DNA of 64,000 bases from an uncultured Anaerolineales bacterium (GCA_965195195.1 CBDAFF010000010.1:41630-105629), one strand, 5' to 3'. Positions 20,813 through 30,940 are shown, counted from the first letter of the stretch. The notes: generated by a model not told the origin, from the letters alone. Numbers and translations: made by a program.

Positions 20813-21703
20813 TTGAAATCTATGATGCGCTATTTGAAACTGTTCTTTCGTATGGCTCGCCCCAATCAAATTCTGCTTATTGCCCTGGTCTTCTCATGGG
20901 GGATTCTGATGGCTCTGGTACGTGGATCAGCATGGTCTTCCCTTTCATACCTGCTCGGATTAGGGGCTGCGACCCTGGTTTCTGTCTCCATTCACTACGT
21001 GAACGAGTATGCAGATTATGAAACAGATAAGTTGACCAAGAGGACGCCTTACTCGGGTGGGAGTGGCGCTCTCCAGGATTCGGGTCTCGATAAAAATCTC
21101 GCTCTCAGGGGTGCGATTCTAGCGGTGATTTTTGGTTTCACGATTGCGTTTCTTGCGTTCCTAATGGGGCACCTTTCTCTGCAGGTGCTGACTATCCTGG
21201 GATTGGCAGCTTTCTTTGGTTGGGGCTATTCGCTCGAACCCCTGAAGCTCGCATGGAGAGGGTGGGGGGAGATCGATAATGCGTTGCTCGGCGCGTGGTT
21301 ATTACCGATTTACGGTTATACCGTGATCCATCACCGGGTAGATACCTTTATCATGGCTGCAGCTGCTCCATTCGCAATGCTTGCTTTTCTAAATCTTCTG
21401 GCAACTCACTGGGCAGACCGGGAAGCGGATCAATCTGTCGGAAAATTTACCCTGGTGACAAAACTTTCTGTTCCCCAACTGCGAATCTTGTACCTCTTGA
21501 CGATGCTGGGTGCATATACGTGGGTATACTGGCACGCCCAATATCCGTCACTGGTTAAGCTAAGCAGCTTTATCGTCATTCCCGTGAGCCTTTGGGGGTT
21601 TGTCAGCTTTACCAAACAGCACAATCCGGCTCCTTCCGTATTTGCGATGGTTGCATTCCTTCTCGTCCAGATTATCTCCTGGGGTTATATCTACGTTTCG
21701 TAA
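20813..21703 (+). CDS. UbiA-family prenyltransferase, MenA-like
   Basis: NEYADYETD, YSGGSG, YS-EP-KLAWRGWGE, DREADQSVGK; multiple TM helices. Confidence 0.85.
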   Translation: MKSMMRYLKLFFRMARPNQILLIALVFSWGILMALVRGSAWSSLSYLLGLGAATLVSVSIHYVNEYADYETDKLTKRTPYSGGSGALQDSGLDKNLALRGAILAVIFGFTIAFLAFLMGHLSLQVLTILGLAAFFGWGYSLEPLKLAWRGWGEIDNALLGAWLLPIYGYTVIHHRVDTFIMAAAAPFAMLAFLNLLATHWADREADQSVGKFTLVTKLSVPQLRILYLLTMLGAYTWVYWHAQYPSLVKLSSFIVIPVSLWGFVSFTKQHNPAPSVFAMVAFLLVQIISWGYIYVS

Positions 21704-21803
21704 GCAAAGCTGTTATCCAGGGACATGCCTCGTATGATACTCAAAACATGGTCTCCGAATGAGAGACCAGCTTTACGTTATGAGGAGTTGGATTAGATCT
21801 TCG

Positions 21804-22251
21804 TTATTGGATCGGCAGACCCTGCGCCACCCAATCTTGAATTCCACCGAGATCGTAAACTGGTTGATGGCCGCCCTCGACAAGTATCTGCGCTGCGGTT
21901 GAACTGCGGTTGCCACTGCGGCAGTAGACCACAACCGGAGTCCCCCCCTGGCACTTCATCCAGTCGGGCTTGTAAAGTTTCGACCGGGATATTGATGGCG
22001 TTTTGGATGTGACCGGAGGTAAATTCCTGTGGTGTCCGAACATCGATGAGCAGGTGAGGAGAGCCATAACCAAATTGATTTTGATATTCGAGCGGGGTGA
22101 TCCGTTGGGAGGCAAGTACAGGTGCGGTTGTCGAGGCGGAATTGGCGGTGGAGATCCAGGTGGCACCGCCAGTGATGAGAGCAAGCACAGCGAGGGTAAC
22201 GATGATGATCGTGCGCTTCGAAGATTGAGATGATCGGGATTTCTTAGTCAT
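21804..22251 (-). pseudogene. Membrane-anchored rhodanese-like protein, frameshifted at a G7 run
   Basis: N-half (IDVRTPQEFTSGHI) and C-half (VYCRSGNRS, DLGGIQDW) lie in different frames joined at C7, 21942-21948 on the + strand. Confidence 0.85.
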
Positions 22252-22603
22252 AACAGATATGTCTTCCTTTTCTTGGTTATTAATTTGATCAAGGATTGTA
22301 TCTTAAAGGCGCTCAATAAAGCTGGCTTCATAGAGGTAGGATTCTTCCAACGATGATCGAAGATTGCAAGCGTGGAGTGGAGCCAGGTGTGTGATCACCC
22401 TTGCCAGCCTCAGCACAAGATTTGGATAGTAGACTAATTGCCCTACGAGGATTCTGACGCTTAGATTCAAGGAGAAATGTTTATTATCAGATACTCGGTT
22501 AAAAAAACGACTCCGTATTGGCAGAACCGGTAAAAAATATTTAACACATTGCTCGTTCTTGATTTGACAAGAATGAAGGATAAGCACCAAAGAGGGTGGT
22601 TTG

Positions 22604-23398
22604 TTAAATATACAGGTCTCTCTTTGAGTACGTCACATATGCGCCAATCATGCTCACAGCAATGATTCCGATAGACAGCCACACAAAGGGAAGGTCGATT
22701 TTTGACTCATGCATTAGCGAAGCAGGGTCGAAATATTTAAACGGTGAAAAGTATTTCAGAAACTCCAGATTCTCGCTCATACCAGAAATAATGGAGAGGA
22801 AATAGGTACCAAGCAAGAGGAATACCGCCGTAGAGCTGGCCCGCTTGTGCTGTTTCATCGCACACCCCAGGAAAATGCCAACTGCCAGGAAGACAATCTG
22901 GACGATAAATAGTGCCAGCATACCCAGGGCTAGAAAGTTATAGAATTCACCGTCGGGCTGATATCTTGACACACTGACCAGCGTGATGCCCCAGGTGATA
23001 CCCAGTAAAGCAATGGAATTAACAAGCGCCGCCAGAGTTTTTGCGGTGACGATGCTGCTCCGTCGCACCGGTAAGGTAAGAGAAAACTCGACAGTTTTGT
23101 CCCGTTCTTCTTTCGAAATAATATCGCTTCCCCACATCACAGCAGAAATGGATAAGAGGAGACCGAAGAACGTGATCATCACGCCAAAAAAGCCCGAAAT
23201 CGTGGTTAGGTTGAAGGCATTCATATTAAATGCCGCCAGCATGGCAGGCGGCATACCATTTATAACCTCAATTAGCTCGGGATTTTCATAATACGCTGTG
23301 AACTTTGCGAAGCCCATGGTGTTAAATAAGATGACGATCACAGCCCATATGAGCAGAGATTTAAAGTTAGCCTTTAGTTCTCGAATAAAGATATTCAC
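22604..23398 (-). CDS. ABC-2 type transporter permease
   Basis: ISKEERDKTVEFSLTLPVRR motif, six TM helices, C-terminal KRDL. Confidence 0.9.
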   Translation of the reverse strand: MNIFIRELKANFKSLLIWAVIVILFNTMGFAKFTAYYENPELIEVINGMPPAMLAAFNMNAFNLTTISGFFGVMITFFGLLLSISAVMWGSDIISKEERDKTVEFSLTLPVRRSSIVTAKTLAALVNSIALLGITWGITLVSVSRYQPDGEFYNFLALGMLALFIVQIVFLAVGIFLGCAMKQHKRASSTAVFLLLGTYFLSIISGMSENLEFLKYFSPFKYFDPASLMHESKIDLPFVWLSIGIIAVSMIGAYVTYSKRDLYI

Positions 23399-23407
23399 CT
23401 CTCCTCC

Positions 23408-24220
23408 TTACACCGCCGAGCGGATATTCCTTCTTGAATACAGCACATAGCTGCCAAGAACAGAAATAACGATTGCAGCTACGCTTATCCACGCCAGGGG
23501 CAAATCATAGGCTGCGTGTTTAAGGATGTAGTTTGGCTCAAAATGTTTAAAGGGCGACAGGATTTCCAGCTTGTCCTCCCCGATCATTCCGCCAAAAGCA
23601 TTCAGCACATACAATCCAAACACCAGCGCCATCGAATACGGCGTCACACTTCGCACTCTTTTCACCAGCAATGAGATGAGCATCCCAACCGTGAGGAAGA
23701 ACAATTGAAAAACCGCGATGCTGAGCAGCAAAACTAGCACGGGCTTTGTCTCAAATTGTCCTCCATCGCTATACATGCGCAGAAATACAAAACTGCTGAT
23801 CCAAACAATAAGATTCGTGATGGTCAGACCCGTTATGGCCGCGAGCAATTTACTGGTCATGATCCTTGTGCGCCCTACTGGCTTGGCCAGAAGGAAGTCA
23901 GCCGTCAGGTCCGTTTCCTCAACAGAAACCAATGAAAACCCATAGTTGGCAGCCTGGATCGCCAGACAGATCTGAATGAAGAGGAAAATGAGCCCGAAAA
24001 AACCAAGGATCGTAGACATGTCTATATCCGTCATTCCAAAAGCGATTAAAAACTCCTCTGGAAAACTTGCCATCGCTTCATTGAGAAGTTTTGCATCAAC
24101 TGCAATCGAAGAGAAAATGGATAAGAAGATGAAAATCAATATTCCGATGGCCAAGGACCAGGTGAGGATAGAATTAATTTTCATTTTGAATTCATGCTTA
24201 TAAATATTCATAGACATCAC
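23408..24220 (-). CDS. ABC-2 type transporter permease
   Basis: EETDLTADFLLAKPVGR; paralogous to its neighbour. Confidence 0.9.
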   Translation of the reverse strand: MMSMNIYKHEFKMKINSILTWSLAIGILIFIFLSIFSSIAVDAKLLNEAMASFPEEFLIAFGMTDIDMSTILGFFGLIFLFIQICLAIQAANYGFSLVSVEETDLTADFLLAKPVGRTRIMTSKLLAAITGLTITNLIVWISSFVFLRMYSDGGQFETKPVLVLLLSIAVFQLFFLTVGMLISLLVKRVRSVTPYSMALVFGLYVLNAFGGMIGEDKLEILSPFKHFEPNYILKHAAYDLPLAWISVAAIVISVLGSYVLYSRRNIRSAV

Positions 24221-25099
24221 CTATTCGTAATAGTGCATGAAGATTTCTTCTAAGGTAGGCTCTTCGATCGTCACATCAGATACCTCTTGCGCACTGATTG
24301 CTCTCGTGATCAGATTGATATCACCCTTATAGAAGAAATTGACGGCGCCGTTTTCCTTCTCCAGCTTAATCACGCCGGGAACATTAAATTGCTTCTCATC
24401 AATCTCGTCAGCCACAATATGGATCTTTTTATAATTATCGTGTTGCAGCGTTCGTACGTCTTGAATATCAACGATGCTGCCTTCCTTGATGATCGCCACA
24501 CGGCTGCACATTTTCTGCACAACACCAAGGATGTGTGATGAGAGGAAAACCGTCACACCGCGTTCGTTCTCCTCGCGAATGAGTTTGTAAAACTTCTTCT
24601 GCATAAGAGGGTCGAGACCGCTGGTTGGCTCATCCAGCAGCAGAAGCTTCGGCTCATGCAAAAGGCCCTGGACAATGCCTACCTTCTTCTTGTTGCCATA
24701 GGAGAGGTCGTCGATCCGGCGATGCAGATCAAGCTCCATGATTTCGGACAACTCAACCATCCTCTTCGTGCAGTCTTTTTTGTAAAAACTAGCGGAATAT
24801 TTAAGCAGGTCGATGACCTTCATTCGGTCGTAATAAAAGACTTCGGAGGGCAGATACCCAATATCTTGCCTGATCTCAGGGCCATACTTGATGGCGTCCT
24901 TGCCGAAGATTTTCGCTTCCCCTGAGCTGGGATAGATCAAAGAACAAAATAAGCGGATCGTCGTTGATTTCCCAGCCCCATTTGGGCCGATGAAGCCAAA
25001 TATTTCTCCTTCATCCACGTTAAAAGAGACATCTACGATGCCCCTGGCTTTTCCGTAATATTTCGTTAGATTGTTAACTTCGATGATGCTCACAGTCAT
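24221..25099 (-). CDS. ABC transporter ATP-binding protein
   Basis: Walker A GPNGAGKST, signature LSYGN, Walker B LLLLDEPT. Confidence 0.95.
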   Translation of the reverse strand: MTVSIIEVNNLTKYYGKARGIVDVSFNVDEGEIFGFIGPNGAGKSTTIRLFCSLIYPSSGEAKIFGKDAIKYGPEIRQDIGYLPSEVFYYDRMKVIDLLKYSASFYKKDCTKRMVELSEIMELDLHRRIDDLSYGNKKKVGIVQGLLHEPKLLLLDEPTSGLDPLMQKKFYKLIREENERGVTVFLSSHILGVVQKMCSRVAIIKEGSIVDIQDVRTLQHDNYKKIHIVADEIDEKQFNVPGVIKLEKENGAVNFFYKGDINLITRAISAQEVSDVTIEEPTLEEIFMHYYE

Positions 25100-25639
25100 T
25101 CTCCCTTATTATGTGACCCCGAACTCTTTTTTTTCTCAGTAAGGCCATCCTCGAGAAAATCTAAAATAATAAACAGTTACCTGCTTTGTTCCCTCATAGG
25201 CATATGTAACTTATTCGGGAAAGTACTCTCCAGGACAAACGCATATATGAAACGACTATTTTAGCACACATCGTGATACCCGTATTTGCCTGCGCCATTA
25301 TCGATATTCTGACATTGTGGCTGACAATATAACGGAGCTTCACCTCCCGACCAATGTCGGTATAAACCCCGATGGTCGCCCAAGCGAAGCTATAACAGTG
25401 TGCATCGCCTTTGCTATGCTCCGCTGGTTGGGATTTTCCGCAGGGGCGTTGTGGGGGACTGTGTTGCATGAATTTGTGAATGGACAAGAATGGGCATGGG
25501 TTGCTTTTAGCGTCCTCACCGGACGTTCTTGATCCCCGTCATCATCTAGAACAAATATGGTTGACACCATATCAGAAAAACATGGTATCCTGTGCGAATT
25601 AAACAATCATTACTACTAACATTAAAGGAGAATCAGAAT

Positions 25640-26452
25640 ATGAAAAACAATTACGTGCTTGGCGCATTTCTAGCCTTTATTGGCATTGTGGCAGGAATAC
25701 TATCTCTGTATTTCCTGGCCGAAACATATAATACGGTCATACATACCCATTTCGCTGCCGGACAATGGGAAGAGAGCAACACAGTCCGCATCGTCTACGC
25801 AGTGCTCGGTTGGCTGGGAACAGCGGCTGGTGCGATGAGTGCCGCAGTATTGTGGGGATTCCTGAAAAAACAATCATGGGCATGGTTCTGGGGAGCAGTA
25901 GCCGCAACGATCCTCTTGCTGGCCGGATTCTTCCCCATGATCCCAGCCGCTGATAGCGGCCTGCCAACCCCCACACTCTGGGTGTTTATCCTGGCAGCTA
26001 TTATGTGGTTTGGGATGCTGCTTATTGGTGATGTGAATAAAAAGGTGATTGGGTTAACGTTCACTGCCGGGTTGGCCTATGTACTGACCTTTATTGACGG
26101 TGTAGCGCCAATTTCCAAATTCCAGAGCACATTCCAGACAGCAGAAACGTTTGTTCAGAACTCGAATACATTCTGGAATGGGCTGTATATAATGTCGCAG
26201 CAGGTTAATTGGTGGGGTGCAGCAGCCTGGGCAATCTTTATTTTCGCAGCACTCAAGCGGAAATCGTGGGCGGTTCCTGTGGGAATCTTCGCCGCGACAA
26301 TGTCTATGATCGGTGGTTATCCTATGGGCATCCACAACGTATTTGAAGTAAATCGATTCTCTATGTTCCTTCCAGCCCCAATCTTGAGTACTATCTTGTT
26401 GGTTATCCTGTGCTTGCCTAACACACAAAACCTGATCACAAATCAAGACTGA
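25640..26452 (+). CDS. Hypothetical polytopic membrane protein
   Basis: RBS AAGGAG before ATG 25640; about 8 hydrophobic segments; internal duplication. Confidence 0.8.
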   Translation: MKNNYVLGAFLAFIGIVAGILSLYFLAETYNTVIHTHFAAGQWEESNTVRIVYAVLGWLGTAAGAMSAAVLWGFLKKQSWAWFWGAVAATILLLAGFFPMIPAADSGLPTPTLWVFILAAIMWFGMLLIGDVNKKVIGLTFTAGLAYVLTFIDGVAPISKFQSTFQTAETFVQNSNTFWNGLYIMSQQVNWWGAAAWAIFIFAALKRKSWAVPVGIFAATMSMIGGYPMGIHNVFEVNRFSMFLPAPILSTILLVILCLPNTQNLITNQD

Positions 26453-26619
26453 CGTGAAAGGTAAAATACTCATATTTCACCGTCAGGAAGTTTAAATCCG
26501 ATCCTATTTGAAGGTAGAATGTCTAACCATTTGTAGGCGCGGACAATGGATATAAACCGGAGTTATAAAAAAAAGATATACTCTGCTTCTTCTTGCCAGC
26601 AAACCAAATCATAGTAAAA

Positions 26620-26648
26620 AACCACTTGAGATCATTCTCAAGTGGTTC
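26620..26648. terminator. Hairpin between the convergent membrane gene and tRNA-Arg
   Basis: AACCACTTGAG-ATCATT-CTCAAGTGGTT with an A-tract on its left (U-tract for the minus strand). Confidence 0.7.
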
Positions 26649-26660
26649 TTCCACATTCTG

Positions 26661-26732
26661 TACCCCTGCGGCGACTCGAACGCCGGCATCTGCCTCCGGA
26701 GGGCAGCGCTCTATCCACTGAGCTACAGGGGC
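26661..26732 (-). tRNA. tRNA-Arg(CCG), no encoded CCA
   Basis: GCCCCTG/CAGGGGT acceptor stem, anticodon arm CTGCC-CTCCGGA-GGCAG, GTTCGAGTC T-loop; upstream TTGAAT-17-TAAAAT. Confidence 0.95.
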
Positions 26733-26790
26733 TTTACTCTCTTGATTTTATCCCAATAAAAGAATTCATTCAAGATCGCCTGCTTTTTGC

Positions 26791-26842
26791 TTGACTTCGG
26801 CATCGTGGGTATGCTAGGATAGAACTACCGAACGGTCGGTAG
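26791..26842 (+). promoter_or_regulatory. Promoter plus TetR operator for the fad cluster
   Basis: TTGACT-18 bp-(TGc)TAGGAT, then the near-perfect palindrome CTACCGAACGGTCGGTAG (26825-26842). Confidence 0.75.
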
Positions 26843-26853
26843 GGTAAATATCG

Positions 26854-27432
26854 ATGCAACGCTCGGATATCATTCAGGCGGCTGCACAAATCTTTCGTCA
26901 GAAAGGGTATCACGGCACGTCGATGCAGGATATCGCCGATGCTGTTCACCTCCAGAAGGCCAGCCTCTACCATCACATCGCCGGAAAGCAAGAAATACTC
27001 GTCGACATCCTCGACCGCGCTCTCGATCTTCTCATTAAAGATATCGAAGCGGTTGCGAAATCTGAAATCAAGCCAGAAGAAAAGATCCGTCAGGCAATGC
27101 AAGCATACGTCGGACGTCTAACCGAGGACACCGACCTTGCCGCTGTGCTAATGCAGGAGCATCGAAGTCTTGCGGACGATCTTCAGGCTGCGCATATCGC
27201 TCGCCGTGATCGATTGGAATCTATCTGGCGCGAGATCCTCAGGGAAGGAACTAAATCTGGAGATTTCCGAAATACGGATGAGGTAATTACCACCTTCGCA
27301 ATACTGGGCGTTTTGAATTGGATGATTACCTGGTATCAACCGGGGGGTAGATTGACTGCTCGGGAAATCGCAAACCAATTCGGGGATATCTTCCTTAATG
27401 GTCTCTGGGATGGGAGAGATTCAACATCATGA
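26854..27432 (+). CDS. TetR family regulator (KstR2/PaaR-like) of the fatty-acid degradation cluster
   Basis: HTH FRQKGYHGTSMQDIADAVHLQKASLYHH; C-terminal ILGVLNWMITWYQPGG. Confidence 0.92.
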   Translation: MQRSDIIQAAAQIFRQKGYHGTSMQDIADAVHLQKASLYHHIAGKQEILVDILDRALDLLIKDIEAVAKSEIKPEEKIRQAMQAYVGRLTEDTDLAAVLMQEHRSLADDLQAAHIARRDRLESIWREILREGTKSGDFRNTDEVITTFAILGVLNWMITWYQPGGRLTAREIANQFGDIFLNGLWDGRDSTS

Positions 27433-28487
27433 AGGATCGTGAGCTTTCCCGTTTCGAGAACTCTGGGGGCGACCGCATCTACCGTATCCCGCTGGACATC
27501 TTCCCGGGAATGCATGGGTACGCACATCTTGTGATTACGAAAGACCTTGTTGTTCTCTTCGATGTGGGGTCCGGATTTGGAGACTCGAACGAGCAGCTCG
27601 AAGCTGGCCTCGAGCGGATTAACGTGGAATTCAGAGAGACTGCGGGGTGGGATCGGATCACTCACGTCCTCATCTCCCACGCTCATATTGACCATTACGG
27701 TGGCTTGCATTATGTCCGCGAGAGGACGGGTGCGCCGATTGGGATCCACGAGCTCGATCGGCGTGTGCTGACGAACTACGAGGAGCGGTTGGAAGTAATC
27801 GAACCTCGCTTCCGCGCCTTCCTGCTTGAATCCGGTGTCTCTGAGTCTAAAACAGAAGAGTTAGTAACGCTCTATCTCTTGCATAAGCAGTTGTTTTCCT
27901 CAATCGAAGTAGATTTTTCCTTTGAAGCTATGGGAATGCGATTGAACGGTTTGGAGTTTGTCCATGTTCCCGGGCACTGCTCTGGGCAGGTCGTTGCCCG
28001 CGTTGGCGACATCTTGCTTTCGGCGGACCACATATTAGAGCAAACCTCGCCCCATATGGCGCCGGAGAGCCTCAGCTTGAACACCGGCCTCGAGCATTAT
28101 CTGGCCTCGCTCCAGAAAGTTGTTCCCCTTACAAAACAAGTCCAGCTGGCGCTGGGTGGACATGAAGGTCCCATCGAGGATCCCGAAGCAAGAATCGAGG
28201 CGATTATCGCTGTCCATCGGGAGCGACTTAATCAAATATTGGATCTCCTGGATACCCCGGCAACGATATACGAAGTGTCCCAGGAACTCTTCGCGGAGAC
28301 AGAGGCATACCATCAAATCCTGGCGGTTGAGGAGACTGCTGCTCACTTCGAATACCTCTATTCGCGTGGCTTTGTTGAATTGACAAACCTTGATGATTTC
28401 GAGGGTGGGGGGGATACGCCTCGCAAATATATTCGCAGGCAAATTGAAGAAAGTGTTATGCCTGCTTTGAAGGGAGGGAGTGATTAG
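27429..28487 (+). CDS. MBL-fold metallo-hydrolase
   Basis: SHAHIDHYG, PGH, ADH and GGH motifs. Confidence 0.92.
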   Translation: MKDRELSRFENSGGDRIYRIPLDIFPGMHGYAHLVITKDLVVLFDVGSGFGDSNEQLEAGLERINVEFRETAGWDRITHVLISHAHIDHYGGLHYVRERTGAPIGIHELDRRVLTNYEERLEVIEPRFRAFLLESGVSESKTEELVTLYLLHKQLFSSIEVDFSFEAMGMRLNGLEFVHVPGHCSGQVVARVGDILLSADHILEQTSPHMAPESLSLNTGLEHYLASLQKVVPLTKQVQLALGGHEGPIEDPEARIEAIIAVHRERLNQILDLLDTPATIYEVSQELFAETEAYHQILAVEETAAHFEYLYSRGFVELTNLDDFEGGGDTPRKYIRRQIEESVMPALKGGSD

Positions 28488-28575
28488 AATCTTGATTAAT
28501 ATCGAAATTCAGGAGTATGAGTAAAGAGAAGAGACATGGAAAAGAGGATGCATTTCCTTTCTAAAGGAGTGACCT

Positions 28576-29667
28576 ATGTATTCATTTGAACCAACTGAAG
28601 AGCAGCGAATGCTCATCGATGCCGTCGAACGGTACGCGGCAAACGATTTGCGTGAAGCAGCTCGTGATGCAGAGGAATCCGGCGAGATACCAGGCGCGCT
28701 CATTGAGAAGGGCTGGGAGATGGGCGTCCTTCAGGCCAGCGTTCCCGAGCAATACGGCGGCTTTGGTGAACATTCTGCAGTTACAGGAGTGCTTGCCGCA
28801 GAGGCGATGGCATGTGGTGATCTGGCGATCGCGCTGGCGGTGATGGCGCCTTCTACCTACGTTATGCCCATCCTGTATGGCGGGACGGAGGCGCAGAAGG
28901 AAGAATTAATCCCGCCGGTCATTGAAGCCGAGTGGAAGCCGTATGTGGCCGCCATCACCGAATCCCGGTTCGATTTCCATCTTGGCGAAATGAGCACGAT
29001 TGCGAAGAAGACTAAAAGTGGATATTCGCTCACCGGCGAAAAGGCATATGTACCCTTCGCCGACCAGGCGGAATCATTCCTGGTATTTGCCGCGCTGGAC
29101 GGGAAGACGCAGGCGTTTATCGTTCCACCGGACGCGGAGGGATTGACCGTCGGCGAGAGGGATAAACTCCTTGGCATACAAGCACTGCCGACATTCCCCT
29201 TAACTCTGGAAGACGTCAAAGTTCCGACCGATGCTCGTTTGGGCGGGGACGATGGATTTGATCCAGCGACGGTCATCGCTAGCGCTCAATTCACCATCGC
29301 CGCGATGGCGATTGGCTTGAGCAAGGCGGCGCTTGATTATGCATTGCCCTATGCGAAGGAGCGCGAAGTCTGGGGTAAACCCATTGCCCAGAGGCAGTCG
29401 ATCGCTTTCATGCTGGCCGAGATGGCGATCGAGGTTGAATCGAACCGCTTGCTGGCATGGGAAGCCGCCTGGATACTGGATAACGAACAAGATGCAGCGA
29501 AGGCCGCTTACCTGGCGCTTATGGGCGCCTCTGACACGGCAATGTCCGTAACAGATAGGGCGGTGCAGGTGCTGGGAGGCCATGGCTATATCCGCGAACA
29601 TCCTGTGGAACTTTGGATGCGCAACGGGCGTGGTATTTCAACCTTCGCCGGGATGGCGATGGTTTAG
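28576..29667 (+). CDS. Acyl-CoA dehydrogenase-like subunit (FadE24-like)
   Basis: ACAD fold, QVLGGHGYIREHPVELWMR; lacks the C-terminal YEG motif. Confidence 0.9.
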   Translation: MYSFEPTEEQRMLIDAVERYAANDLREAARDAEESGEIPGALIEKGWEMGVLQASVPEQYGGFGEHSAVTGVLAAEAMACGDLAIALAVMAPSTYVMPILYGGTEAQKEELIPPVIEAEWKPYVAAITESRFDFHLGEMSTIAKKTKSGYSLTGEKAYVPFADQAESFLVFAALDGKTQAFIVPPDAEGLTVGERDKLLGIQALPTFPLTLEDVKVPTDARLGGDDGFDPATVIASAQFTIAAMAIGLSKAALDYALPYAKEREVWGKPIAQRQSIAFMLAEMAIEVESNRLLAWEAAWILDNEQDAAKAAYLALMGASDTAMSVTDRAVQVLGGHGYIREHPVELWMRNGRGISTFAGMAMV

Positions 29668-29698
29668 AAGATTCGAGAGATCTTAGGGAGAAAAGCCC

Positions 29699-30940
29699 AT
29701 GATTAGCTTCAAGATACCGGAGAAGATCGAGCAGTCCGTTGTCATTATGGAAACCATAGCCGAAAACATGATGCGGCCTGTCTCACGCCACTTTGATGAG
29801 CATGAGCACGAGATCCCCTGGGATTATATTGAGTTCATGCACAGCTCACAGAAAGCGATGGGTGGAGGGGGAACCCTGACCGATTCTGAGAAGAAGAAAA
29901 AGAAAGAAGGACCAAGCATCAGTTTCCAACGCCTGGCTTTCACGTCCGAGATACTCTCCTGGGGGGATGTAGGGATGTGGCTTTGTACACCAGGCGGCGG
30001 ATTGGGAGGGGCTGCGGTGAACGCGACGGGGACACCCGAGCAGAAGGAGCGATTCCTCACACGCTACCGCGGGGAAAAGCCTGTCTTCGATGCGATGGCG
30101 CTCACAGAGCCGCATGCAGGATCGGCAATGCCCGCCGAAGTGCGCATGACGGCAGTTCGCGATGGCGAGGAATGGGTCCTGAATGGAGAGAAAATCTTCG
30201 TAACCGCGGGGAATAAGGCGCTCGTAGACTCTGATGGCTTCGTTGTGATGTGGGCGACGATTGATCCCGAAGCCGGTCGTGCGGGTGTGCGTCCCTTCGT
30301 CGTTGAAGCCGGAACACCCGGCTGCACAGTTACAAAAATGGAGCACAAGCTTGGAATCCGCTCCAGTGACACTGTTTCGATCGTGCTTCAGGATTGCCGC
30401 ATCCCCTTTGACAACATACTTGGCAGCCCTGAAGTGGTTAAAAAGAAGAAGACCAAGAAGGGTTTCAAGGGCGCCATGGCTACGTTCGACGCCACACGCC
30501 CGCTGGTGGCTGCATCAGCGCTTGGGATAGCGCGTGCAACTCTCGAGTTATTGAAAGAGATGCTCCAGGAACAAGGTATGGAGATCCGCTATGGTCTTCC
30601 TCGCAGCAAAATGACGAACATCGAGCGTGAGATCATGGATATGGAAGTGATGCTGCGATCGACATGGCTGCTCACCGTAAAGGCGATGTGGTTGGCGGAT
30701 GAGCGCAAAGCCAATACGATCGAAGCCTCGATGTGCAAAGTGAAAGCCGGGGATGTGGTCGTCAAGATCACGCAGCGTGCTGTCGAGTTGATGGGACCAC
30801 TTGGTTATTCACGCGAATATCTGCTGGAAAAGTGGTTTAGAGATGCGAAAATCAACGATCTCTATGAGGGGACAGGACAAATAAACCGCTTGATCGTCGC
30901 TCGACGGATTTTGGAATACACACGACACGAGTTGAGTTGA
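29699..30940 (+). CDS. Acyl-CoA dehydrogenase (FadE23-like)
   Basis: ALTEPHAGS, LNGEKIFVT, KLGIRSSDT, DLYEGTGQI. Confidence 0.93.
   Translation: MISFKIPEKIEQSVVIMETIAENMMRPVSRHFDEHEHEIPWDYIEFMHSSQKAMGGGGTLTDSEKKKKKEGPSISFQRLAFTSEILSWGDVGMWLCTPGGGLGGAAVNATGTPEQKERFLTRYRGEKPVFDAMALTEPHAGSAMPAEVRMTAVRDGEEWVLNGEKIFVTAGNKALVDSDGFVVMWATIDPEAGRAGVRPFVVEAGTPGCTVTKMEHKLGIRSSDTVSIVLQDCRIPFDNILGSPEVVKKKKTKKGFKGAMATFDATRPLVAASALGIARATLELLKEMLQEQGMEIRYGLPRSKMTNIEREIMDMEVMLRSTWLLTVKAMWLADERKANTIEASMCKVKAGDVVVKITQRAVELMGPLGYSREYLLEKWFRDAKINDLYEGTGQINRLIVARRILEYTRHELS

Noticed and set aside
22300-22440. LKALNKAGFIEVG fragment resembling a HicA or GNAT remnant
   Set aside because: Too short and interrupted to assign
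25194-25606. Several overlapping short ORFs in the islet spacer
   Set aside because: No RBS or motif; probably decayed sequence
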